A DNA stretch of 64,000 nt, taken from Orbicella franksi. Lineage: Eukaryota. The stretch covers positions 3,410,001-3,474,000 of the forward strand of contig OZ116712.1 of NCBI GenBank assembly GCA_964199315.1. The letters are read 5' to 3'. Shown piece by piece: positions 38,601-53,600 of the stretch (position 1 is the first letter of the stretch; every line of letters starts with the position of its first letter). The notes beneath the pieces were generated by a model that saw only the letters and a program-made list of their open reading frames with translations, searched no databases and had not been told where the DNA came from. Position numbers and translations under genes: made by a program.

Positions 38601-41600
38601 AAACCACTCAATGGTTGGTTCTGGTACACCTGTCACTTTACACTGCAGCTTAGCAGGAGATCCTTGGACTACTTCCACCGGTTGCAGGGATTCTATGAAC
38701 ACTGGTGCAGTACCTTCAGGTTTCTTGGCTAAAGTGTATTAAGTATCAGGTAAGATTGATTAAAACAATTCTTCCCCAAATAAATTGAAGTCTGAGATTC
38801 AAACCCAAAAATTCCATATTGATAGCTCTACAAATCCGCGCGCAAAATTAAATAAAATTTTAAAAGAAAAAAAAAAAACAGAAAAACAACCAACCAGAAA
38901 GCATTATCTGGACGCCTGTACGGAATTTTTGGGGTCAAATCTGAAACTGCTCTCGAGGTGGGGAAAGAATAGGCTAGAATAAATTGGTAAGTACAATTTT
39001 AACTTTATTCTACCCATTTTGTTCAGTCTGTCCTGTTGAGACAAAGACCCTTGAAAGCAATTATGAGGTACTAAACGTTTCAAATTATTTTTCGTCATTG
39101 TTCGGGGTAACTTTGTGATAAAGTGGACTTTGGTTTCATTAACACAGTTGAAACAACAGTGCAACTGGAAAATTCAATACAAACATTCTGTAAGATACCA
39201 CCCTCTTAAGAACCTTTATGCATTAACTTCAATTGTCCATTAAAAATGAAACAGAGCAATCAAAACTCTCAAGGACGACGAAAGATTTTTAAAACATCTA
39301 GCATGAAATAAAGCACCTTTAACATCGACATCAAACGTTTTTTCTGCTTTACCACCCTTGCTCTTTGCTTCACACTTGTAAACACCGGAATCTTCAGGCT
39401 TGGCTTCCAATATAATGAGGGAGTGTTCCCCATCTTTGGCGTCCATCTTCAAACGACTTGTTTCCTGTAGCTTCTCCTCATCCTTGTACCAATCGACAGC
39501 AGGCTCTGGCTTCCCTTTCACAACAGTATTGAGACTGACAACATCACCTTCTCCCACCTTCACGGGGGCCGCTTCTTGTTCAGTGTCAAATACAGGTTCG
39601 GTGATGACCTCCCTGACAGCCAAGGCAGCCTTGCAAGACACTTGACCTTCCTCGTTTTCAGCTACGCACTTGTAAGCTCCTGCATCCTCTGGAAGCGTGT
39701 CGTTGATTGTCAGTGAGTAAGTGCCACTGTCTTCATTATCAACCATCTCAATACGCCCTTGATCTTCCAATTTGTCCTTGCCCCTGTACCAGTCAATGAC
39801 AGGTGAAGGGTGGCCAGTCACTTTCACAGAAAATTGTGCAGGTTCTCCCTCAGTGACATCAACAGGCTTCATTTTCTCTTCAAACGCAGGCTTTACGTTT
39901 GCTTCATTGACAAGAAGCTCCGACGAACAAGAGGCTGAACCAAACATGTTTTCAGCGACACACTTGTATTGACCCTCATCATCTAGTTCTGTGGTCGTGA
40001 TCTTTAAAGTGGCCCGTTCTCCGTCAAATCGAGTTTTGTATCTCTTCACCTCTGCCACGCTTTTACCATCTTTAAACCAAGCTATGTTCGGCTCTGGTGT
40101 CCCCGCGACCTTGCACTCCAACGTTGCCCCATTTCCTTCTGTTACTTCAACAGACTCCAGTGGTTGTGTAAACTTGGGGGCTTCACCTTGTGTCTTTCCT
40201 GTACCAAAAATACGAAAAAAAAATTCATAGCATTTCACCTCCACTGACTGTACACCTTTTGACGTTCTTCAACTTAGCATTTACCATCAGCAATCAACAG
40301 TCTTTGTTTACTTAATATTGAATAAAACACGTTAATTGTCCTATCAGTGATGATGAGGTCAACAGATTCCACAATGCAGACATTTCCCTTCTAGAGTATT
40401 ATCGTAAAAATGTACTTGGATTTCTACTCCAGTTACTCACTCAAACCACTTTCTCTTTCATCCAAGCACTCACTCGCTTTCTCATTTTCCACGCTGCATT
40501 AAACACACGTTTAATGCAGAAACATACGTTACTAATATTCATTTCACTCGCAACAGGTAATGAAGGAGATGTATTATAGTCCTGGTTCTTTCAATTTCAC
40601 AATTTTCGTCAAATCCTGAAAAATTCCAACTTTCTCAGCTTTTATCGTAGTGGTGAGATTTAAGTAGGATGTTCATTATCTTATTCAGCACTTAGCTTAC
40701 CTTTCACGTTGACATCGAAAGACTTTGTTGATATTCCCGCTGGGCTCGTGGCTTTGAAGGTATAAATGCCAGAATCTTCCGGTACCGCATGTTTGATATT
40801 CAGCGTGTACGTGTCTCCTTTAGTCTTTGTGTCAAGCCTACTTGTCTTTCGTACCGGCTTCCCATCCTTCAGCCACTCCACAGTAGGTTTGAAAGTTCCC
40901 GAGACCGCCACATTTAAGTCCACTTCGCCACCCTCGGTTATATCAAGGACTGAAGTCTCCGATTCTTCTGCGTCTTCTGGAGCTGCTTGTTTTCCTTTCA
41001 CTGTTAACTGTGCTTCACAGGATGTCTGGCCAACTTCATTTGATGCAACACACTTGTACGGACCAGCATCTCCAGCTTCAGTTTGCTCAATAATCAGTGT
41101 GAACAGGTCTTCCTCGATGGCATCTACGTGTACGAACCGCCCTTCATCTAATATCTTCCTTGACCCTTGGTACCACTCAACGTGAGGTTCTGGAATGGCA
41201 AAGATTCTAGCGTCAAAACGGGCTTCTTCTCCAGCGTCAACTACAAGATCGTCCAATTTCTTTGTGAAGACTGGAGCGGTTGTATCTCGGACAGGTCTTT
41301 CCTCGATTGGCAATGGTAACTCTACGTCCTGCACCTCGGAAGCGCTTACTGGCTGTTCTTGTATTCCGTCTGGTCCTACGTGACACAGAAAAGAATCCCT
41401 CACTCATACAGTGCATCAATAAATGAACAACAAGAACGTCAATAAATGGGTCTGAGGCAGACAAGAATACGACATTTTGCAGATCCAAAGCTACAGACTA
41501 GCTGTGTATCTTAGTATGAAGTGTTATTACTGAGAAACATTGAAAAGAACGGTTTGATTGTTTCACGTTTGTCATATTTAATGCGCCGAAATAGCATAAC

Positions 41601-44600
41601 ATATGAGACTAAAGAAAACTGTAGCTATAATGGAAAGAAAGATGATGGTCGTAGAGGGTCACACCGACTCTCAATAGCAAGTGTGCATGAAGACCAGAGA
41701 GTATGTAAATGAATTACATGTACATACGAGTGTCTTTAATTTACATAAAATACCTTACTTATAGACGATACTGCAGTGATATACCGACACATTGAACAAT
41801 GTTTCCCTTTACAGTAAAGCCCATAATTTAGGAGTACTGAGAAGAAACTGAAAATCAAGTGCTCTCACCAAATGAACTAAAAACATCTGCTAGAAACCAA
41901 CTTACCTTCAATGTTTAGAAGGAATTTCTTAGTGATAGTTCCCATCACGCTAGATGCAACACATTTGTATGTACCAGAGTCAGCTGGAGTCACGTGGTAA
42001 ACCATTAGTTTGCAGTGATCAGGATCCTGTGAGATCTCTAGATGAGAGTCTGACACAATGGGTTCCTCGTCTTTGAACCATGCAACAGATGGCGAGGGTA
42101 AGCGGCCACTGTTCATAACCATGCACACATTATCTCCTTGAGAGCCCTCCATGGGGACCTGAAAAGAGAGGAATTTAGATATTGTACTTTGTAAAGGACT
42201 TGTCAAACTAATAAAAAATTCACCAAGTTTAAACAAAAGAAATCATAACCATGACGTTAATTACTCCTTAGTCTCATTTCCGATTGAGAAGATAATCAAA
42301 CACTCAAAACGCGTCATATTTCCGATCCTCTTCTGAGCGTTTGAAACGTAATGAAACTCTGTCTGTCATGCATATTGCATCTGCTTTCCAAGACATTGTC
42401 CGGCTTTCGGAGCTGTTTCTATAGAACCTGACCATATTCGTATTCTCGGTATTGGACTGGAACTAGCTTGGAAAGGAGGCTCGTGCGGGGGAATGTCATT
42501 AAAAACAGATTAAAGTCATTTGCATTTTAAAAGATTCCCCGCATTGGCCTCAATTTCAAGATAGTTTCAGTCCAATACCAGGAATACGAATATGGTTTAT
42601 TGCAAACTCGTTCTAGATTAACTTGGGATTCCATTCATGTCCACATGAAACATTTTTTTTCCTTACTTCTTCCATTTCTTCCTTAAACTCAGGTGGGACG
42701 GTACTACGAGTGACAGCCAGCTCACACGTACAATTGGCAGTTCCTGCTTCACTCATAGCCACAACCTTGTAGCTACCAGAATCCACCACTCGGCAATCTT
42801 CAATCACCAAAGAAAACAACTCCTTGTCATTGTCATCAACGTCATCGATTATGACAACACGACCTTTATCTTCAAGCTGGTGTCCATCCTTGAACCATTC
42901 CACCACCGGTTCAGGGTCTCCTGCAATGCGGACATCAAATCGAACCACGTCACCCTCGTTTGCCTCCATGTTCTTCAGAGGTTCCTTAATCAGTGGCATG
43001 GTCACACCTTCCTCCACAATCAGTTCAGATTGGCAAGCTACTTTACCAAACTCATTCTGTGCAACGCACTTGTACTCCGCTTCGTCGTCCAATTCTGTGG
43101 GAGAGATCACAACCGCAAAGACGTCGCCCTCGTTTTCAATCGTGATTCGATCATCTTCTTTCAATGGTTGATCGTCTATGTACCAGGACACGTCTGCTCC
43201 AGGTCCCACGCGGCATTCGAGCCTGGTGGAGTCGCCTTCAAGAACCTCCACTTCTTCTGGCAAGGGTGTTATGAAGTAAGGTCTTTGGTCTATTTATGAC
43301 AAAGATTAGAGTATGTCAAATCATAAAATAACTAAGATAGTACGCAACTGTGTTTAAATAAGGCTATGCAAACCCGGAAAAAGTGCTCTGCTGCCTAAAT
43401 CTCACACACTCCAATCAGTCAGAAAACAGCGACGCTGTTCAAAGTACACATGAATAGTGCATACATACCACTGATACCTGCACCATCTTCTACAGCTTCG
43501 CTCTTTTCTGTAAAAGAACACGGTATTCCTTTAGAACTCAAACCATGCAATTTTAGAATTTATATCAAGCCGCCTAACTCAGACGAGTCGAACATACACC
43601 AAAAAACATAAACGCCAAATTCCAAGGGTAATAACTACTTGCAGGGGATGGTAATTTAAGAGGGACAATAATTTTCTGTCAAGAATTTATGAAGACCTAC
43701 CAAATTTGCTAATTATCTGAGGCCTTATTCTTCATAAGGAAAGGAGAACACAATGATGACAGAAACTGTCATATCCAACAGGTCATATCTTTCAGCTTTA
43801 TTAGACTTATTAGTAGCCAAGCTTCTCAGGTTTTCCCTGTGCATTGCGTTACAGGTTGAGTCACGTTCATGGTCTATACTCTGCTCGACAATAGCTCCCG
43901 AAAAAGGAGCACAGTTACTATAAAAAGTGTGACACGTTGCTACAATACCTTCAACTAAAATCTGAGCTTCACACTGGTCTTGCCCAACTTGGTTCTTCAC
44001 AACACATTTGTAAATAGCTTCATCGTCGATTTCTACTGGATCCACCCTGAGTAAAAAGATGTCATCATCTGACAGTAATTTGCAGCGTTCATCTGCCTCG
44101 ATTACTTCGTCATCCCTGTACCATGTCACAGTGCGAGGTTTGGATGCAAGGACTTTGATTTGCAGTTCAAGCTTTTCTCCCTCGATAAGATCTTGGTCAA
44201 CAAACTTCTGAACCAATACTGGCTTTTTAAGTCTGAGTAAAGAAAGACGATTTTATTCCATAAGCATACCACTGATGAAGCTTAGAAAACTGGCTTGAAA
44301 ACCGAGTGAGATTCCCTAAAGGAAGAGAGAGTTCTACATTGAAATATAATTTGCATTTGATCATTTCTTTGATAGTGATAGCGATTTTGATTATGTTTTG
44401 ATACGATCTTTTTTTTGGGGGGGGGGGGGGGGTTCTTGCATAAAATTAAGCAGGCATTACATCTACAAGGCATAAAAAATATACTTACATCACTGGATCG
44501 TCATCCGACGGTTCTATGGATAAAAACAAAACACTTACAGTTTAACTCTTCACAGAATAAAACTAACAGCAGGGTGTAAGATACACGTGCAAAATGAAAG

Positions 44601-47600
44601 CAAATAATACACTCGCTGAACAAATAGATGTAGTTTTAACATGTTCAAATACATGAACAAAACCATTACAGAATATCAACAGAGGCTCACATTTGTGTGA
44701 CATATTTGCCTGACATTTTTGCGTGGAAATTTTGGGTGATATGCCACATGCAGCAACAACCAATCAGAGACACTGCACGGATCAATATAGATCTACGTCA
44801 TCAGTACAGTATCTCGGGGTGAAAACAAGGGCATCTCTCGTTCCGTAACAGAATAGAACACTCGAAGAGAAAAATAACAAATTTCTAAATACCTTCAACT
44901 ATCAGCTCTGCAGAAGAATTCAGTTCTTGGTCGCCGCTCTGAACTGAACACTTGTAGAGACCCTCATCTTTACCGACAGTTTTCTTAATCACCAGCTTAC
45001 TGCTGTGTTCATCTGTGAAAATCTTGATTCTTCTGCCTTGTTCCACAGGCCTCATGTCCTTGAACCATGCTACAGTAATACTGGTGTCACTAGCAAAGCA
45101 CATTTCCAAGGTAGCAGGCTCTCCTTCATCGACCTCTACATCCTCCAATTCCTTTGTAATTTGAAGTCCGCGGGGCTCTTTTTCAAGTGGCTTTTTAACT
45201 TCTGTCATAAAAGGTAATGTAATGCAGGTAAAAAGGTGTCCAACTAAACGATAAATATCCGAACATTTATCTTAAAAGCAAGTCAACTATTTGTACATTC
45301 AACCTTAGAGGAACACATGTTTAAGAGTTGGATTACGGTAATGTGACAGCCATCTTGGAAGAGACATGTCACCTTTTTCTTTGAATGATTATTAAGTCAG
45401 AAAGGCCAAAATAATGAAAATCACTTGTAAAGCATAGATGATGCAAGTTATGAATTGTAACTATGCAATTCAATTTGTTCTATCGGTATAATTATTGGAC
45501 AGTGTAAGCTACAATAAACTAACTGTTTCATTTTTGGAAGCCAATGTTTACCTTCCACCAACAGCTCTACTTCACATATAGCTTTGCCCGCCTCACTTTT
45601 AGCCACGCATTTATACATTCCTTCGTCGTCTAACTTGGCCTTATGGATCACAAGCTCGTGCTGGTCTCCCTCTGATGTCACAGAAATCCGATCACTTGGC
45701 TCAACTAGCTTATCGTCCACAAACCACGAAATATCAGGTGTAGGCTGCCCAATCACCCTGACCTTGAGGACAGCCTCGTCACCTTCATCCACCTTCAGGT
45801 CGTGAGGAACGTCTACAAAATCGGGCAGAACGGTGGGCTCATCAGCAACGGGTAGTGTCATCTGTACTGGCTCGTACTGCAGAGCAGACATGGTATCGGG
45901 TATCAAAGGCACATCCCCTTGTCCAGGTAAAACAAGCTGCAGGAATGAACATATATTATTACCACATTCCGCTTACATGGGATAGTCTGTCAAAAGTCCA
46001 AAAGCGAAGGAATATTTGTACCTGAACTTCGCCAAATGGTTGTTTACTCCCTGGGAGTTCTTTACTTGACATTTGACGTGATTCCTTGGAAGGAGGAAGT
46101 TCTTCCTCTTTCACTGGCAGTTGAAGCTGCACCTCTCCAAAGGGAGATGAGCTTACAGGAATACTTGTTTGCACCACGACTGGTCCCTCTGGTTTCTCTT
46201 CATCTTGTTGTTCATCATCTTCTCCTACAGAAAAAAGAATGAAGCCTCGTAAGCTACACACAGCCGTTCCTTACGTTCCCATTGAATCAAGTCAGAATGT
46301 TCTAAACAAACTTGTTATGCCACTGTCTTCAAATGACGGCCTACATCTAGCACTACATATGGGTGATACTACTCTCGCGAATATTGATCTTAGAGCTGGA
46401 CTTCATATGTCCATCCATTTCCCTACTGTTCCATTAGAGCACCAGTGACTCGCACTGAGCCCTTACATGCTCATCACTTACCGGATTAGTTTCAAAAGGT
46501 TAGGTCGATAGTTATGAATATACACTCAATATCTTCCTGAAACCGTGTTAGTTTTCCATGATTTATGACCGAAAAGTTAGAAAATATACACGAAAAATCT
46601 AATGTTTTCCCCCGAACAAAATTCAGAAACAATTTCCACGCACAAAGTCAGCCATAAGACATTCCACAAGTATGTTCTATCTCCGCCATTCACAATGCTG
46701 CAAGCAACAACTCCTTACCTGTCACCAACAACTCTGCTTCAGAGATGGCTTTTCCGAACGAGTTTGAGGCCACACATCTGTACATACCCTCATCCTCAAG
46801 CTTAGCAGAATTGATGACCAGGACACAGCCATCAGTGTCGTCAAACTCGATCCTAAAATTTCTTCCTTCTTCTATCGGCTCCTCATCTTTGAACCACTCA
46901 ATGTCAGGCTCTGGTTCACCACTTAGCCGAACCTCGAGCTTTGCTGCACTACCCTCAAAGACTTCCTGGGATTTCAAAGGTTGAAGGAACTTAGGAGACT
47001 CGCCTTCGGGTTCTTTTGCTGTAAAATTAACGAGAGGTAACATAAGAACTCAAGAGCCAAATGCGTCTGGTGAGTATGAAAAATGTCACATCCAAAGAGG
47101 TGAAATGTCCGTCCGAATGTTCGAATGTTAATTCGGAACTCTTTTTGGTGGCCGTTTGGCAAATGACTGCTCCGCGGATTTGGTGGTACTTCAAGACAAT
47201 ATCCACAAGTTATGGAATTGCTTTATTTAATTTAAAAGTGTATTTTACAATTTTACATACACTGTCACTGTTAATTGCTAATTACTCTTGAGAATCAGAG
47301 GGTAAGGCAGTTAGATTACTCACCTTCAATATTAACATTGAAGTCTCTTGTCGCTGTGCCAGCGGGGTTGGTAGCTTTGCACTGGTATGTTCCAGAGTCA
47401 TCAGGTGTTGCGGCGACAATAGTCAGTGTCTGTTTGTCTCCTTGCACATCAGCCTTGCACTTGCTGCTTGTTCGACTGATAGGTTTGTCATCTTTGTACC
47501 ACTTAACAGACGGGTTTGGTTTTCCACCTACTTCCACTTGCAGTGTTACATCACCTCCTTCGTCAATCACCATTGGCGTCTCACTAGGTTGGTCTGCGAA

Positions 47601-50600
47601 CTTGGGTGCGATCAATTTTTCCTTCACTGTCAATCCTGCAGAACAAACCGCCTTTCCAACCACATTGGATGCAACACATTTATACCTTCCTTTGTCTTTT
47701 GCGTCACAGTCTTTGATGGTAAATGTGTGCCGGCCATCAGACATGGAATCTACCGAAAATCGCTCATCAGTTGTGATCTCCCGATCAGATGTAAACCATT
47801 GAACGTCTGGCTGTGGGTGGCCTTGCACTTTGACACTGAAGACAGCAGAATCGCCTTCAGATGTGCTCAGATCTTTCATCTTCTCCAGAAATTCTGGTTT
47901 TGTTTGATCTTCTTCATCAACTATTTCATTGACAAAGAGTTCCAACGTACATGTTGCTGATCCAAACTCATTGTGAGCCTTACACTGATATTCTCCTTCA
48001 TCATCCAACTCTGTGCTGCTAAAGCACAGTGAAGAGACCTCTCCATCAAAGTCACTAGTTACACGCTTATCTGTTTCCACAGGCTCACCCTCTATAAGCC
48101 ATGTTATTACTGGACTTGGTGTTCCAGTGACCTTGCAAGAAAGTTTGGCCGCAGTACCTTCAAATACTTCCACGGGAGTGACGGCGTCAGTGATTTCTGG
48201 TCTAATGCCATCAACAGAATCTTTGCCTTAAAATTAAATCAATGTAAGGTATTAAAGCAAAAGTGGGACAAATAAACAGGTTAGTAGCTTACTTAGAGTA
48301 TTTTACACAACCAAAGAAGGACTAAAATACCGTCGTCACAGCATAAGCTCCACGACTGAAGGAGAGGAGTTATATTTTTCAAGCTGAATCAGTTAGCCGT
48401 CAACTACGTTATCTTTTTAAACCATCCTTACAAATGAAAAGGCAGGAACAATCAACCTTGAACGTGGGCGATAAAAATTCCAGCGCCCAAATGACTAGTA
48501 AAGATGTATGGGTTATTGACCAAGTGTGAGGTCAAAATGGCTGGATAATGTGTTTATGGACCGAGACGGAGTCCTTCCGAATGACAATGCCACGAACGAT
48601 GTAAAATGAGAATGTGGACAATAAAAATAATACTTATATTTCATTGGCTATTGCAACAGACAAAAAGTTATCTTGTTTTGCTTGCTTGAGATTACTATTG
48701 TTGTTTTGTTTTGTTTTGTTTTTTTGTGGCACAGTCTGCCACACATAATTTGTGGAGCCGGGGAAACATTATTATAACAAATTTTTGGACAAATTCTAGT
48801 TATCAGTCATTGTTTCTGTGATAAAAGTAAAATACAAAGTATACACAGTACAAAGTAAATGCGGAGAAACGTGCAAGTGTTACCCTTAATGGTGACATTG
48901 AAAGTGCTCGTGTTGTCATCAGTGGTCTCACACGTGTAAATCCCCGAGTCGTCAGGTGAGGCATCTTTAATCGTCAAGGTGTGGACGCCTTCTTTAGCAC
49001 CGATATTGTAGTGATTGCTCTGTGTGATGGGTTCATCATCCTTAAGCCAGCTGACTTTGGGATGGTCAGCACTCATCAAAGCCTTCAGTGTTACATCTTG
49101 GCCTTCTAGAAACTCCAAAGGAATTTCTGCCACGTCTGGGGTCTTTAGAGACTCAGATTTAGGAGTGAAAGACAAGTCAGCGGTACAACTGTCCTTTCCA
49201 GCCTCGTTCATGGCTAGACAAGTGTACTGACCCGCATCAGATGGTTTGCAGTTTTCAATAACAAGAGAGAACAGGTCTGGTTCACTGTCATCCACATCAT
49301 CAATTATCATGACACGACCTTCGTCTTCTAGTTGTACACCATCTTTAAACCATTCCACGACTGGTTCTGGATTTCCAACAACACGTATGTCAAAGCACGC
49401 ATTCTCACCTTCAATCACATTCAAGTTTTGCAGTTTCTCTTTAAATATTGGTAATGCCATTCCTTCTTCAATAAGAACCTCAGCAGACGTTGACACAACT
49501 CCTTGGTCGTTCTCTATTTGACACAAATAGTCCCCTTCGTCTTCAAGCGTTGAATCTTGGATGGTCAGGATACAAACTGTGCCATCAAATGAGCTTGATA
49601 TTCGTTCATCTTCAGTAATAAGATCGTTGTCATGGTACCATCTTACTTGAGCATCAGCTGCTCCAGAGACATGGCACTCCAACACAACAGGTTGTCCTTT
49701 AAGAACTTCTACTTCAGTCAATGGTTTGGTGATCTCTGGCACTGAGCTGACTGGTTTTGCACCTGTGACATTGTAGGTTGAACATAACGATTCATAAAGC
49801 TTTTACCAAATAGAAACAAACTACATTGCATTAGTATTGTTAGTATAGTTGTTGCGATAAAGTGGCATGTTGCCTGTACTGTGCTACATTCGAAGCCCGC
49901 TATGCCAAACTCCCGGTAGAAAATGGCTGAAAAAGATGATACATGGGGTTAGGATGTGGCGAGTGTGAAATAATTGAGTTCATGATAGCGAGGTTCAACT
50001 GTATTGACAGGCACAAAATAACAAAGATGTCTTTAAGGCTTATTATCAAACAACGAAATAGGAAATAACCAATCTAAAGAAGACGAAGAAGAGCATGAAA
50101 TGGAAGTGTTTAAAACACAGGAAGATGACAAGATTTTGAGCTACCTTCAATCTCAACATTGAAAGCACGAGTACCAACTCCAGCTTCATTTGTGGCAGTT
50201 AGCGTATACGTTCCTTTGTCGTCCACATTTGGATTCTTAATCAATAAGGTGTGCAGGTCATCTTTTGAGGTGACGGAAATATGTTCGCTGTCTTTAAGAG
50301 GGACTTCGTCTTTATCCCACTCAATTTCTGGTTTGGGGATACCCTGTACCTTGGCTTCAAGTTTCACATCTCCTCGGTCAGTTACTTCAAAAGGAACAAC
50401 AGTTTCATCTTCAACAAAAGAAGGCCTTTCCAACTCAGACGGTATATCCTCTGGATGATTGTCTACCTTCCCTTCAAATTCAACTGTGAATGTTTTCCAT
50501 GACTTGCCTGCTTTGTTTGAAGCTGTGCATTTGTAAAGCCCTTTGTCATCTGGAGTGGCACCGTTTATGACCAGTGTTTGCACACCCGCTCTGGACCGTA

Positions 50601-53600
50601 TTTGAAAGTGGTTGCTCTCCTGTATAGGTTTTCCATCCTTTGTCCACTCTATTTCTGGCTCTCCACTGAACTGAACCTCCAGTTTGACATCCCCAGCATC
50701 GGAAACTTCAAATGATGGCTCTTCCTCTGTCCTTTCCACAACTCTGGGAGGCGACAATCCTTCTTCTATCTGACCGCTTCCAGCTGGTTTAGGCTTGGCA
50801 CCTCCTATGTTAAGGGTGTATGTCCTGATAGATTTACCAGCTGGGTTGGTTGCTGTGCAAATGTACTTCCCTTCATCCTCAGGTGAGGCTCCTTTTATAA
50901 CAAGCCTATGAATGTCATCTGAAGAAGACAATTGGATATGATCACTCTCTGCTATCGGTTGATCATCTTTTGCCCACTCAACATCTGGAGGAGGATTCCC
51001 TGTAACTTTAACTTCCATGGTCACATCACCATCATCTGAAATCTGAAAAGGACTGTCTAAATGGTCTTCAAAAGAAGGCATGACCCAATCTTCATAACCT
51101 TCTATGTTCACATCAAAGCTTCTAGTGGAAGTTCCAGCATCATTTGATGCAACACAAACGTAAGTTCCTTTATCTTTTGGAGTGGGCCCCAGGATCGTCA
51201 AGGTGTGTATATCTTTGTCGCTACGTACAACGAGATTTTTGCTCTCCGGCAAGGGTTGGTCATCCTTTAGCCACTTCACCTGAGGAAGAGGTTTACCACT
51301 TACCCTCACTTCAAGTTTAACGTCCCCATCAGTGTTAACTTCAAAGGGACGTGACCCTTCTGGTAAGGCAATGAAGCGAGGAGCTTCGTGACCCTCTGTT
51401 ATACTCTCTCTAGAAGCCAAGAGTTTCTTTTTGCCAGGTTTCGTAGTCTCTGGTTGTTCCGATGTAATTTCAAACTTTGGCTCAATGGCGAACGTCACTG
51501 GTTCAGCCGAATCAGCTTTGAACTGCACATCAAATGGTACTTCAACGATGGGTCCACGTTCTTTGCCAAGTGGGGCAACAGCTAAGCATACTTTACAGGA
51601 CTCTTCTCCAGCTTCATTGAAAGCAACACATCTATATGAACCACCATCTTCCATAATGGTCTCCTTAATGGTGAAGGAGAATTTTCCATGGTCAACATCT
51701 TCTTTGATAACAAATCTTCCTTGGTCTTCTATTGCCAGTCCATCCCTGAACCAGTCAACCTCTGGAGGTGGACTACCACCTACAACAGCATTGAACGTGA
51801 CCTCTTGACCTGCCGATGTTGTTTGATTGTCAGGTTTCTTTTTAAAATAGGGTGGAGTGTGTTCTTCTTCTACTAACAGTTCACATTCAGTTGATGCCAT
51901 GCCAAAGTCATTTCTAGCAATGCACTTGTAATCTGCCTCGTCATCAAGCTCCGTACGCAAAAAGATTAAACGGCAGATTTTACCATCAAATTCCGTGCGA
52001 ACACGCGTTGTCTGCCTCAATCGAGAATCATCTTTGTGCCACTCAATTGATATCTCAGGAGAACCAATAACTTCACATTCCAGAGTGACAGGAGAATTCT
52101 CGACAGCTTTTGGTGACTCCAGGATCTTTGAAAACCGCGGTGCACTTCCTTGCGGCTTTGTGGCTATACAAAAATAAATGCAAGGTTCCTTCATATTTCC
52201 ATATACGATGGGTGTATGTCTGAGTAGCTCAGTCCCCAAACAGCATGAGTGCAGCATGTATAAAGTATGACAAGCTGAGCGAAAAGCGTTAGTTGAAACA
52301 CATGAGTACCCTTAGGAATGGCCACCAACATCAGTTACAAGTTAAGCAAGTTAAATCCACAATAGATGATGTCAAGTCCGGATAGCTCACTCCAGATACT
52401 GCAACAGGGTAGCAAGAATGAAGCAACGATGAACTGAATAGTAGTTGTTAAGATACCCAAAGATGCCCTTAATTGTTACCAACACCAGTTAGATTATCAG
52501 CACATGTACTCCATAAAAGACGATTTAAGTCGGAGTAGCCTACATGTACTTCAGTCATTGCATCAGGGCAGCAAGTGCAGTACAGGATGTACAATGAACT
52601 GGATAACAAGCATTAGTTAGGATAAAACAGCCATCAGCACCAGTTACAGTGTAGAGAGTTTTAACCGCAATAAATAAGTTTACGTCTGGTTAACTTATTT
52701 AAGAGACTACCTCAGAGTAATCACTACAATGCGCAATGAACAAAGCACAAGTTGAGGTACACGACGTTCTCTAAGTTAGTAAAATCACCACCAACACCAG
52801 CATAATAGTAGATAAGCAAGTTTCACCCACAATAGATGAGTTCAGGATTGGGTAGCTTGAGTGAGAGATTGCATTAGAGCAGTTAGTAGAATGTACGATG
52901 TACAATAAACTGAGCACTGAGCATTAGTTGACACACGTGATGGTTCACTCAATAATAACACATACTCGCCAGTTACCGTATCATCAAGATAATGTGATTA
53001 TTTTATGTCTGTCTCACTTGAGTAACTTCACTAAAACAATACGCGCGTGAATGACGTACGATAAAAATAAAAACCCTAGTTTAGGTTTAGCAAAACTAAA
53101 TTTTATTGCAAACACCGTAAAGTTCCGAAACTAACCACCCTCGCTAATTTCGGATTTTGCATCCTTTTCCATCGAAATTTTCGTAGCGTTACAACTATCG
53201 CGGGGTCACTACTTTTAGGCAGCTTAAACGGCTACCCTATGAGAGTCAGTTGATTGCAATAAAATACAAATGTTATAAAGTGTCATTGGTGAAAGGAATC
53301 AGAAAAAAGGATTGATGAAAAAAATTTACTGTGATCATAACAGAGGGTCGCTACTTTAAGAACTCTACGGTCCGTTACGGCCAAGTATAGTTAAACAACA
53401 GCAAACACAATTGCAGATTCATTCTATAAGCCTTGACGCAAATATGTGTATTATCGCGCACACACACTAATCATTACTCAACAGGGTTCTGACAAGACAT
53501 TTATAAACAGTGATTGTACAGTGACTGTAAGCAAGCTTTTAAACACAAATGACAAAATAGAATACGTTATTCCACTAACCGCATACATAGGAGGACCAGT

